Source: Terriglobia bacterium
GTDB lineage: Bacteria > Acidobacteriota > Terriglobia > Acidiferrales > UBA7541
Assembly: GCA_963695545.1 (NCBI GenBank)
Contig: OY968796.1
Location: 1-64,000 of the forward strand
DNA length: 64,000 nt
Direction of reading: 5' to 3'
Positions 28,003 through 37,072 of this stretch are shown here, one piece after another. Every line of letters begins with the position of its first letter. Within the stretch, counting starts at the first letter, position 1. The notes under the pieces are model-generated. The model ran no database searches, was not told the origin of the DNA, and saw only the letters and a program-made list of their open reading frames with translations. The position numbers and the translations under genes are program-made.

Positions 28003-29646
28003 CTAGCCCTTGGAATCGTCCGGGCGATTCGCGGCGCGGCTTCCTTTGCGAAATTCGCCGATGGCCTCAAGAATTCCAGGGCCATACAACTCGGTTTTGC
28101 GTTCGCCGAACCCAGAAACGTGGCGCACTTCGGCCAGCGAGCGCGGCAGTTTGCGGCACAAATCGTCGAGCGAAGAATCGTGCATCACAATGTAGGCGGG
28201 CACCGATTGACGCTTGGCCGTGGTGCGCCGCCATTCGCGCAGAAATTCGCGCAATTCCGGATCGATATCGGGCAGGTCGTCCGACGCCACGGCGGGCTTC
28301 CCCGCTTTCTCTGCGCTCAAGGTTCGCCGCTGCGGGGCCTCGGATTCGTGCGGCGCGCCGCGCCGTGCTTTCGACGAACCGCGCGGAGCGCGCTGCTTCG
28401 CCGCTTCGGCCTCGGGCGCTTCGGTGAGCCACTCGAGGTCACAGCCGCAAACATCGCAAGCGCTGCACGATTCCCACTTCGTTTTTTCGCCAAAATGAGC
28501 GCAGATCTGGCGATGACGGCAGGCGCTCGATTCCACAAATTTTCGGATTTCGTGATAACGCTGCCAGGCGCGCTGCTTCTCTGCCCCGTCGTCGACCTGC
28601 TCGATAAAATGCGTGAGCAATCCGACGTCGCGTTTTTGCCAGAGGAGAATACAATCCGCCGGCAAGCCATCGCGGCCGGCGCGACCAGCTTCCTGATAAA
28701 ACTGCTCGATCGATTTCGGCAGCGACAAATGAATCACCGCGCGCACGGCTTCCTTGTTGATGCCCAAGCCAAACGCGAGCGTGCCCACGAGCACGCGCAC
28801 TTCATTCGACATCCAGCGCTCCTGATTGCGGCGGCGCTCGTCGCTTTCCATCTTGCCGTGATAGGGCACGGCCGCGATTCCATTTTCTTCCAGGAATTCA
28901 ACGGTCTCGCCGACGCGCGCGATGGTCGGAGAATAAACGATCACGTTGCCGTACGCGTGTTTGCGCACCGCGCGCAGCAACATCTCCGGCTGCGTGCGCG
29001 CATCGCTGCGCTGCACGAGGTAACGCAGATTGGGGCGATAGAAGCTGGCGATGTAGTTGTCGGATTCGCGGAGTTTCAATTGCGCGATGATGTCGTGACG
29101 CACGCGCTGCGTGGCGCTGGCGGTGAATGCGGCGATCGGGCATTCGGGAAATTGTTCGCGCAGACGGCTTAGCTGGCGATACTCTGGCCGAAATTCGTGC
29201 CCCCATTCGGAAATGCAATGCGCTTCGTCGATTGCAAATAACGAGAGCGGCAGCGTGCGCAGCCATTCAGCGGTATCGCCGCGCGCCAAGCGCTCGGGCG
29301 AAAGATAAAGAAGCCGATATTGGCCGGCGGCGGCGTTGCGCATGATCGAGGATTGTTCGCGAGCGGTGACGGAGCTGTTCAGGAGCGCCGCGGCGATTCC
29401 CATTTGTGAGAGCTGCGCGACCTGATCCTGCATGAGCGCGATGAGCGGCGAAATTACCACGGCGGTTTTCGGCGAAAGCGCGGCCGGCAACTGATAGCAG
29501 AGCGATTTGCCGCCGCCGGTCGGCATGACGACGCAAACGTCGTGGCCGCCGAGCAGGCTGCGCACGATGCGCTCCTGGAGCGGACGAAACGATTGATATC
29601 CCCAGTAGCGCTCGAGAGCGGGAAGAAGTTCGTGCTCGGAATACAC
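28003..29646 (-). CDS. recQ: RecQ-family DNA helicase with HRDC domain
   Basis: PTGGGKSLCYQLP, DEAHCISEWGHEFRP, QEAGRAGRDG, Zn-binding Cys, HRDC; probable GTG start at 29646. Confidence 0.92.
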   Translation of the reverse strand: MYSEHELLPALERYWGYQSFRPLQERIVRSLLGGHDVCVVMPTGGGKSLCYQLPAALSPKTAVVISPLIALMQDQVAQLSQMGIAAALLNSSVTAREQSSIMRNAAAGQYRLLYLSPERLARGDTAEWLRTLPLSLFAIDEAHCISEWGHEFRPEYRQLSRLREQFPECPIAAFTASATQRVRHDIIAQLKLRESDNYIASFYRPNLRYLVQRSDARTQPEMLLRAVRKHAYGNVIVYSPTIARVGETVEFLEENGIAAVPYHGKMESDERRRNQERWMSNEVRVLVGTLAFGLGINKEAVRAVIHLSLPKSIEQFYQEAGRAGRDGLPADCILLWQKRDVGLLTHFIEQVDDGAEKQRAWQRYHEIRKFVESSACRHRQICAHFGEKTKWESCSACDVCGCDLEWLTEAPEAEAAKQRAPRGSSKARRGAPHESEAPQRRTLSAEKAGKPAVASDDLPDIDPELREFLREWRRTTAKRQSVPAYIVMHDSSLDDLCRKLPRSLAEVRHVSGFGERKTELYGPGILEAIGEFRKGSRAANRPDDSKG

Positions 29647-29783
29647 ACGACGATTATATCCCCGATGGTTGTGAGCACGCAGGAGCGGGGATTCGCGGAA
29701 AAGGCGGGCGGAGACGAGCTCCGCCCGCAGAAAAGCCGTCGGCCGCGCGATCGCGATTCGGCCACGATTTTGGATGTTCGCGG

Positions 29784-30203
29784 TCATTGCCGTTCGCGGT
29801 CAGGGCCGGGCATATCCCAGATGACTGGCCCGATGTCTTGGTTCTTATCGGATTCGGGATTGCGCTCGCGCTCGATGGCGGGGAGCGAGCGGAGAAGGAG
29901 ATTGCAGGTGTAGGCCAGGACGGCGGCGCGGCGCGGGGCGATGCGGTCCTGCGAGAGGAGCAGGAGAAGTTTGGACAGAAATTGATTGATGCCGGCGGCG
30001 GAGGTGAATTTTCCGACATTGACGGCGAGTTCGTGAGCGAGATCCACGACGGCGTCGGCGGGAGGTTGGAGATGGGCGTGGGCGCGACAGAAAAAGGGCG
30101 ATCTGGGCGCGAGGGGAAGGCGGCAGCGGCGTCCCCCGACGTAAATATGGCGACAGCGGGACAAATCTTGCGAATTGCTGGAGTTAGCTAGTTTGCGAGT
30201 CAT
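29784..30203 (-). CDS. Hypothetical protein with CCCH-type motif
   Basis: AGGAGG RBS; C-x8-C-x10-C-x2-H followed by a helical region. Confidence 0.65.
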   Translation of the reverse strand: MTRKLANSSNSQDLSRCRHIYVGGRRCRLPLAPRSPFFCRAHAHLQPPADAVVDLAHELAVNVGKFTSAAGINQFLSKLLLLLSQDRIAPRRAAVLAYTCNLLLRSLPAIERERNPESDKNQDIGPVIWDMPGPDRERQ

Positions 30204-30230
30204 GTGAGCCTCCTGGCTGGGATGGGGTGC

Positions 30231-30390
30231 GGTATATACACCCGGCATGTTTTTGCGAACTTATTGAAAATGCGTGGCTTGCAGAGAAAGAGTGCGGATG
30301 AGTGTGAAAAAGCAGGGACTTAAAATCATTTCGGTTCAATGCGTTGCGCACTCTTTTGCAATCCGCTGAAAATGAAAGGGTTGCGGGGGC
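30231..30390 (-). repeat. Dispersed ~160-bp AT-rich palindromic repeat, copy A
   Basis: Reverse complement aligns along its length with 54877-55036. Confidence 0.85.
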
Positions 30391-30498
30391 GAAATTTGAC
30401 ATGCGGGAACGAATCGGGGGTGAAGGCGGGGTCGGGGCCTGGAGCGGGGAAAGTGGGGTAGGCGAATAATTCGAATTGAATTTCGGCTAACACGTTCG

Positions 30499-30527
30499 AG
30501 GATATCAAATATGAATATACATGTCAA
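30499..30527 (-). promoter_or_regulatory. Sigma70-like promoter upstream of repeat A
   Basis: TTGACA-17-TATCCT. Confidence 0.55.
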
Positions 30528-30770
30528 GTGCTAAATAAGTATTCGAAATGATTTCCACAGGGCGGGGTGAGTGACGAGCGACGAGATGCGCGATGGCGAC
30601 GTTACGTTGCAGACCGAAATCCAGAAGAAAATCTGGTAGGCAAAAGACGGGCCACAGAGAAAGCTGAGCCAGCCGCCAGCGGGTTCAATCGCAGCCCGAT
30701 GAATTGAGGAGAAGACCAGGCGGCCGGGACGCCGGTGAACCGCGGCTGGTTCATGCGCGAGACGGAGAAC

Positions 30771-31138
30771 TTATTTGAGCTTAAGTTCCAGAGAAGAAAG
30801 CCCTGGGACGCGGAGGAGCTTGACGACGTTCGTCAATAGGGGCGCATCGAGACTCAGAGCCGTGGCTGCTGCGATCGCGTCCGGGAGTTTGAGCTGGTGT
30901 TCTCGCCGCAGGCGGACGGCGAGATCTTTCACCTCGTCACTGAGGCCGACAACAGTGACCTCCGAAAGGAACGCTTCTATTTTGGTCTGTGAGGACGCAT
31001 CCAGCAAAGGGTACGAGAGCAGTTCCATCTCTGAAATGACAGAGATGAAATATTGGGCCGGCGGGAGGGGCTGCGCCAGCTTGCCGCCGAGAAGATAGAG
31101 AGAATAGCGTTGGTATCGAGGACTCTTCTCAAGACCAC
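30771..31138 (-). pseudogene. vapC: VapC PIN toxin, frameshifted
   Basis: VLDTNAIL in one frame, YLLGG..ISEMELL..LKLPDAIAAATA in another; slip in a CT run; TND-like motif reads TNV. Confidence 0.8.
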
Positions 31139-31341
31139 TCTTGCCGCAGGCGTGACTGGTAGCCGAGGGGTTCCTCGGTAAGAACGATGACTCCCTCGTG
31201 CGCCGACAAATTGGTGTTGCGGGCGTCGTCGCCATGCAAATTGAGAGAGCGCTCGATCTCGAGCCAATCGGCGTACTCGATCTGCACGGCAACGGGCCTC
31301 TCGGCCTTGTCTGTAAGGATCCTCTTTTTGATTTTGCGCAT
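31129..31341 (-). CDS. Putative antitoxin
   Basis: 70 aa, 'ILTDKAERPVAVQI..YQSRLRQEW', overlaps vapC. Confidence 0.7.
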   Translation of the reverse strand: MRKIKKRILTDKAERPVAVQIEYADWLEIERSLNLHGDDARNTNLSAHEGVIVLTEEPLGYQSRLRQEWS

Positions 31342-31605
31342 CGGTGTATGCCTTACGGCGCGGCGTCTGGCGCCCAGCCTCTGTCCGGCGACGCCTTGGA
31401 CAGCGCCCCGGCAGTGAATTATAACGCATCCGCGGCTAAAGGGCCGCGGAAGAAGCCGTTCGGCCACAAGGATCGAGAATCTCGCCACGTGGCAGGAAGA
31501 TTCGCGGCGGGAGAAAAGCGGGCGGAGTCGGCCGGTGCGATCGCTGAGATTTCGCGCGACACTCTGCCGGGCGGCGGCATTTGAATGGGATAATGAAGCT
31601 CGGCC

Positions 31606-32382
31606 ATGCAACTCGGTGAACTCCACGATCAGGCGTGGTTCCCTGCTGTGTTTCGGGATGGGTTGACGGACGCGCTGCAATCGGTGCTGAACTTGGGAGC
31701 GGTGTATGCGCCGATTGCGCCGCGGCTGGGCCGAGCCATCGCCGCTTGCGGTGCGGTGCGCGTGGTGGATTTGTGCTCGGGAGGCGGGGGGCCGTGGCCA
31801 TGGCTGCAACGATTCATAGGCGCGCAACACGGCGTTCCCGTTGAGGTCTTGCTCACAGATAAATATCCGAACGTGGGGGCGCTGGAGCGCGCGCGGGAGG
31901 CGTCGCACGGAGCGATTCGATATTGCGCGGAGGCGGTTGACGCAGCGCGCGTGCCGGCGGAGTTGGCTGGATTTCGCACGATGTTCAGTTCAATTCACCA
32001 TCTTCCGCCGGCGGAGGTGGAAGCGGTGCTGCGGGATGCTGTGGATCGCGGGCAAGGCATCGGGATTTTTGATACGGCCACGCGGCATGCGCTAACGATT
32101 CTGCTGACGATTTTGCTGCCGCTCGGGACGCTGGTGACCACGCCGTTTATGCGGCCGCTTCGATGGTCGCGGATTTTCTGGACGTATCTGATGCCGGTGA
32201 TTCCGTTCGTGCTGTGGTTCGATGGAGTTGTTTCGTGTCTGCGCGCGTATTCGCCGGGCGAGTTGCGCGAGATGACGGCGCGAATTTCGGCGGCGGGATA
32301 CACGTGGGAAATCGGCGAGGAGAGCAAAATTCGCGGAGTGCTGCCGATTACTTACGTGGTCGGCTATCCCAAGGCGACATAG
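31606..32382 (+). CDS. Class I SAM-dependent methyltransferase-like protein
   Basis: VVDLCSGGGGP, LTDKYPN, FSSIHH. Confidence 0.8.
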   Translation: MQLGELHDQAWFPAVFRDGLTDALQSVLNLGAVYAPIAPRLGRAIAACGAVRVVDLCSGGGGPWPWLQRFIGAQHGVPVEVLLTDKYPNVGALERAREASHGAIRYCAEAVDAARVPAELAGFRTMFSSIHHLPPAEVEAVLRDAVDRGQGIGIFDTATRHALTILLTILLPLGTLVTTPFMRPLRWSRIFWTYLMPVIPFVLWFDGVVSCLRAYSPGELREMTARISAAGYTWEIGEESKIRGVLPITYVVGYPKAT

Positions 32383-32385
32383 ACA

Positions 32386-33804
32386 TTATTTGGCCTGTGA
32401 TTCGATGGCTTCGAGGGTTTTGCCTTTGGTTTCGGGCAGCCACTTGGCGACGAGAAGAAAACCGGCGACGCAAACCGCGGCGTAAATCCAGATGGTGTTT
32501 CCTGTGCCGAGCGCGTGATTCAGCAGCGGAAACGTGTAGGTGAGGATGAAGCACGCGGCCCAGAGCGACATGGTGGCCACGGCCATGGCGGCGCCGCGAA
32601 TGCGGTTCGGGAAAATCTCCGACAAGATGACCCAGGTGATCGGCGCGAGGGTCATGGCATAGCACGCGAGCGCCGAGATCACCAGCAGCAGCATGTGAAC
32701 GCCGTGACTGCCGTGGCGATAGAAATATCCGAGCACGATGTAGATGAGACACAATCCCGCGCAACCGGCGAGCATGAGCGTGCGGCGACCGAGACGATCC
32801 ACTGTGAAAATGGCGACGAACGTAAACACAACCATCACGCAGCCGGTGACCACGATGTTGAAAAGCATGGTGGAGACGGTGTACCCCGCGGCGGCGAAAA
32901 TTTCCTGGGCGTAATTGAAGATCACGTTGATGCCGCAAAATTGTTGTAGGACGGCGAGCGCGATGCCGAGCGCAAGGACCTTCGCGAATTTGGATTTGAA
33001 CAGCGCGATCATCGAATGTTCCAGCTCGACATTGTCGAGAGTGGATTCGATTTCGGCCAAGACGCTGGAGGCGTAGGATTCGCCGCCGATTCGGGTTAGG
33101 ACACGGCGAGCCTTCTCTGGAGTTCGCGATGCCAGCCAGCGCGGACTTTCCGGCACGAGAAACATCGCGAGGAAAAAGATCACGGACGGAATGGCGGTGA
33201 CGCCGAACATCCAGCGCCAGCCGATTTGGCCGTTCCAGGAGTTCAGAATCGTGGCCGGGGTTGCGTCCGCGCCGACGGGCTTGGCGATCAGCCAATTCAT
33301 CACCTGGGCCATCAGGACGCCGAGGACGATGGTGAGCTCGTTGAGCGATACGAGCATGCCGCGAATCGCAGCGGGCGCGGCTTCAGCGATGTAGACCGGC
33401 GAAAGGCCGGAAGCCAACCCGATGGCGAGGCCGCCGGAGATGCGCCACAGAACGAAAGCCGTGAACACGTCTGCAGTGGCGATGCCCAGCGACGAAATCG
33501 TGAAAACAAACGCCGCGATCATCAAAGATTTCTTGCGGCCGAATTTCTGGCTGAGCATTCCGGAAACCAGCGCGCCGATGAAACAGCCAACCAGGGCGCA
33601 GCTCATGGCCCAACCTTCGCGCGCGGGATTCTGTAGATGAAAGTAAGCCTCGTAAAAAGGCTTGGCGCCGCCGATCACCACCCAGTCATAACCGAAGAGG
33701 AGTCCGCCGAGCGCCGCGGCACCGGAGATGGCCCAGATGTAGGGCATGTTGAAATGCGCGGCGACAACCGAAGGCGAGGTCTCGACGTCTGCGGCGCGCT
33801 TCAT
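32386..33804 (-). CDS. MFS sugar porter (XylE-like)
   Basis: GGLLFGYD, PESPRWL, QQFCGINVI, PETKGKTLE. Confidence 0.95.
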   Translation of the reverse strand: MKRAADVETSPSVVAAHFNMPYIWAISGAAALGGLLFGYDWVVIGGAKPFYEAYFHLQNPAREGWAMSCALVGCFIGALVSGMLSQKFGRKKSLMIAAFVFTISSLGIATADVFTAFVLWRISGGLAIGLASGLSPVYIAEAAPAAIRGMLVSLNELTIVLGVLMAQVMNWLIAKPVGADATPATILNSWNGQIGWRWMFGVTAIPSVIFFLAMFLVPESPRWLASRTPEKARRVLTRIGGESYASSVLAEIESTLDNVELEHSMIALFKSKFAKVLALGIALAVLQQFCGINVIFNYAQEIFAAAGYTVSTMLFNIVVTGCVMVVFTFVAIFTVDRLGRRTLMLAGCAGLCLIYIVLGYFYRHGSHGVHMLLLVISALACYAMTLAPITWVILSEIFPNRIRGAAMAVATMSLWAACFILTYTFPLLNHALGTGNTIWIYAAVCVAGFLLVAKWLPETKGKTLEAIESQAK

Positions 33805-33805
33805 T

Positions 33806-34666
33806 TCATTTCGCTTTCGCGGATGCGCAGTGCGCGGCTTGAGCTTCGGCGAAACATTCGCGCGCGATTTGAACCAGGAGCAGAGATTGTTGCCAGCGAT
33901 CGGATTCTTCGCGGCCGTCGAAGACCCGCGCGTAATAAATATTCGGCGCCAAGAGTTCCGCGGCAAAGCCGATCGCTTCGCCTTCGGCGCGCGCGCTGAG
34001 GAAGCCGGAAAAAGAGGCGGTCCACAGCGCGCGGAAATGTTGCACGTACGGGCGGCGCGCGGGATCGCCGTCTCCGATATCGACTTGCATGCAGCCGGGA
34101 TTGCCGATGCGGCCGTGGAGGAAGCGGACGTTTGCAAGCACGGGGCGAATGAATTCGAGTTTCTTGGCGAAATCGCCGTAGACCATTTCGCTGCCGGTGT
34201 ACCAGTGGGAAAAATCGCCGTTGAAGCGGAGCTGCGGAAAGCGGCGGAGGAACTGCACGGTGCGCCACATATCCTGGAATATCGTGGCACGATGCGTTTC
34301 GGGATAGAGAGGGATCGAGTGCTTCGCCGATGCGTTGAGCACGGCGTCGATCAAGCGAGCGGCTTCGGCGTCGTCTTCAAGGCCCCAGCCGAGGTGCAAT
34401 GTGAGGCATTCGAGGCCTGCGGCGCGTGCGGCGGCGGCGAGGCGTTCGGCATCGCGCGGCTCGTTCACGCGGCCGGAGCCGCACACGCGCAAGCCGAGGC
34501 TTTTCGATTCATCCAGCGCGGCGCGATCGGGAGGGTCGGTGAACTGGATGCCGTCGTAGCCGGCATCGCGAATGGCGCGCACGGGGCCGGAGGGAAACTT
34601 CGGCAGTCCGCTGAGCGCAAGCCAATTGAAATAGCAGCGAAGCGCGGGAGGCGACGGGCTATCCAT
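33806..34666 (-). CDS. Sugar phosphate isomerase/epimerase TIM-barrel protein
   Basis: GYDGIQ, ETHRAT, DFSHW, HGRIG. Confidence 0.75.
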   Translation of the reverse strand: MDSPSPPALRCYFNWLALSGLPKFPSGPVRAIRDAGYDGIQFTDPPDRAALDESKSLGLRVCGSGRVNEPRDAERLAAAARAAGLECLTLHLGWGLEDDAEAARLIDAVLNASAKHSIPLYPETHRATIFQDMWRTVQFLRRFPQLRFNGDFSHWYTGSEMVYGDFAKKLEFIRPVLANVRFLHGRIGNPGCMQVDIGDGDPARRPYVQHFRALWTASFSGFLSARAEGEAIGFAAELLAPNIYYARVFDGREESDRWQQSLLLVQIARECFAEAQAAHCASAKAK

Positions 34667-35504
34667 TCTTCTGGAGAGAGACGGCGCTCTTGTCTTCTTT
34701 TTTGTCGAGCCAAGCGGCGTCGTCGTTCGATTCTCCGAAGCGCTTGAGAGCCGCTTTTTTAATTTCAGAATCGGGAACTTTGATCAGCGGCGTGTAGCGC
34801 GGATGATGCGATTCCTTGTAAGGATCGTTTCGCGCGGCGTTGTAGCAGCAAATCATGGACCAGCGCGGATGCTCGGAACGATTCCGGTCGGAGCGATGCA
34901 GAATATTGGCGTGGAAGAAGAGCGTGTCGCCGGGCTCCATCTCGACGTAAACGACTTCGAGGCGCTTCAAGATTTCGTCGACGCGTTCCTGATCGGCGCC
35001 GGCTTGTTCGCCGGTCAAAACGTGTTCGATGCGGCCCAGGTGGTGCGAACCTTTGACGACTTGCAGGCATCCGTTTTCGCGCGTGGCGCGATCGACGGCG
35101 ATCGAGGCGCTGGTGAGCAACGGGAACAAAACGCCGTTCTGATACCAATAGCCGTAATCCTGATGCCAGGTCCAGGCGCCGCCGACTTTGGCGTCCTTCA
35201 TGATCATTTTCGAGTGATAGTGATAAACCTCGCCTTCGAGGAGTTTCTCGGCCGAGCCGACGATGGATTCGCTGCGCGCGACGGCGCCGTAAATCGTGTC
35301 CGTGGGATGATTCCAGAGCGAGAGTCGAGTGCGGCCGCCTTCGCCATCGTCTTTACCGTATGCGTGCTGATCGAGGACGCGATCCTCGCGGGCGGCGCGG
35401 CCGAGAAGTTCGGCCTCTTCCTTGTCGAGCATGCCTTTGACGAGAACATAGCCGTCTTCCCGGTATGCGTTTACTTGGCTTTGCGTTATGGGTCCCTTGG
35501 CCAT
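34659..35504 (-). CDS. PhyH-family 2OG-Fe(II) dioxygenase
   Basis: WHQDYGYW, NGCLQVVKGSH, FHANILHRS. Confidence 0.9.
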   Translation of the reverse strand: MAKGPITQSQVNAYREDGYVLVKGMLDKEEAELLGRAAREDRVLDQHAYGKDDGEGGRTRLSLWNHPTDTIYGAVARSESIVGSAEKLLEGEVYHYHSKMIMKDAKVGGAWTWHQDYGYWYQNGVLFPLLTSASIAVDRATRENGCLQVVKGSHHLGRIEHVLTGEQAGADQERVDEILKRLEVVYVEMEPGDTLFFHANILHRSDRNRSEHPRWSMICCYNAARNDPYKESHHPRYTPLIKVPDSEIKKAALKRFGESNDDAAWLDKKEDKSAVSLQKNG

Positions 35505-35694
35505 TGCCGTACTCTCCTATATCCGGCCGTGATGCAATGAACGGTCGTGCGCTTCTTGAGAAATCTACAGCATTTACGCGGACTGTAGTGAATCGGAAAG
35601 CGGCGTGTCAATATGTATCTATCGAGGCGCGAGGCGAGCGCGGACGCGGCGCGAATGGTTGCGTCCATAGTCAGAGCGGGGAGAAAATTCTGGA

Positions 35695-36243
35695 ATGGCA
35701 CACGAATTCACGACGTCGGCGGTGAAGGATTCGATCGATCTTTTTCGGCACGCGAAAAAATTGGCGGAGCGCGCCATGGAGCAGGCGCCGGATGAGACGC
35801 TGCTTGCGACGCTCGATCCGGAATCGAATTCCATCGCGATCATCGTGAAACACATGGCGGGGAATATGAAATCGCGATTCACGGATTTCCTGACGAGCGA
35901 CGGGGAAAAAGCGGATCGGCATCGCGACACGGAATTCGAGGCTCCGCCGGAGACGCGCGCGGAGGTGATGGCGCTGTGGGAGCAGGGCTGGGGATACGTT
36001 TTCCACGCGCTGGGAGAGCTGACGGACGCGGATCTCGAGCGACGGATCACGATTCGTGGCGAACCGCATTCGGTGATGCAGGCGATTCACCGGCAGATTG
36101 GGCACGTTTCCTATCACGTTGGGCAAATCGTGTATCTCGCGAAGCACTTCGCCGGGGAAAATTGGAAGGCGATCACAGTGCCGAAGAATAAATCGGCGGC
36201 ATTCAACGCGGATGTCGCGGCGGGGCGCGCTTCGCAGCGGTAA
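35695..36243 (+). CDS. DUF1572 (DinB-like) protein
   Basis: NSIAIIVKHMAGNMKSRFTDFLTSDGEK, HVSYHVGQI. Confidence 0.88.
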   Translation: MAHEFTTSAVKDSIDLFRHAKKLAERAMEQAPDETLLATLDPESNSIAIIVKHMAGNMKSRFTDFLTSDGEKADRHRDTEFEAPPETRAEVMALWEQGWGYVFHALGELTDADLERRITIRGEPHSVMQAIHRQIGHVSYHVGQIVYLAKHFAGENWKAITVPKNKSAAFNADVAAGRASQR

Positions 36244-36319
36244 ATAACTCAAGCAGGCGGGCGACTGGGGCGCGAGGGTCGCGCGGTAACTTTTGTCGCT
36301 CCGCGTGCGTAGATAGAGT

Positions 36320-37072
36320 GTGAGATCCGAAACTATGGATAACAACGGCGCGGCGTTCGACGCGATCGAAGTCTCCCGGCATTACACCATGGGCGACGCG
36401 GTGGTGCGCGCGGTGGATCAGCTTTCGCTCAAGATCGCGCACGGCGAATACGTCGCGCTGCTTGGAGCGTCGGGCTCGGGAAAATCCACGCTGCTCAATT
36501 TGCTGGCGGGGCTGGACCGGCCGACATCGGGCGCGATTTTCGCCAATGGGCGCGACATCAGCGGCATGAGCGGCGAGGAGCTGGCGCGGCACCGCAACCA
36601 AACCATCGGCATGGTGTTTCAGGCATTTCAACTGCTGCCGAAAATGACGCTCGAGGAAAATGTGGAATTGCCGCTGCGGCTCGCGGAAACGCCGCGGGCG
36701 GAGCGGCCGGCGCGCGTCCGCGAAGCGCTGGATCGCGTGATGCTTTCGGCGCGGCGCGCGCATCACCCGAGCCAGCTTTCAGGCGGCGAGCAGCAGCGTG
36801 CGGCGATCGCGCGCGCGCTCGTGAACCGGCCGTCGATTCTGCTGGCCGACGAGCCGACGGGCAATCTCGATAGCCGGACCGGCGAGGAAATCATGCAATT
36901 GATCGAAGGGCTGCATCGTCCCGCGGGGGCGAGCGGAGCGGCCGGTGCGGCCAGTGCGACAATCGGCATGACGGTGGTGCTGGTGACGCACGAACAGGCG
37001 CTCGCGGAGCGCTTTGCGGATCGCATCGTGACGATTTCCGACGGGCGCATCGAGCGCGAGGAACGGCGATGA
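36320..37072 (+). CDS. ABC transporter ATP-binding protein (LolD/MacB-type)
   Basis: GASGSGKST, LSGGEQQR, DEPTGNLD. Confidence 0.95.
   Translation: MRSETMDNNGAAFDAIEVSRHYTMGDAVVRAVDQLSLKIAHGEYVALLGASGSGKSTLLNLLAGLDRPTSGAIFANGRDISGMSGEELARHRNQTIGMVFQAFQLLPKMTLEENVELPLRLAETPRAERPARVREALDRVMLSARRAHHPSQLSGGEQQRAAIARALVNRPSILLADEPTGNLDSRTGEEIMQLIEGLHRPAGASGAAGAASATIGMTVVLVTHEQALAERFADRIVTISDGRIEREERR

Noticed and set aside
34659..35504. ectD assignment
   Set aside because: Only PhyH family-level similarity; no ectoine genes nearby.
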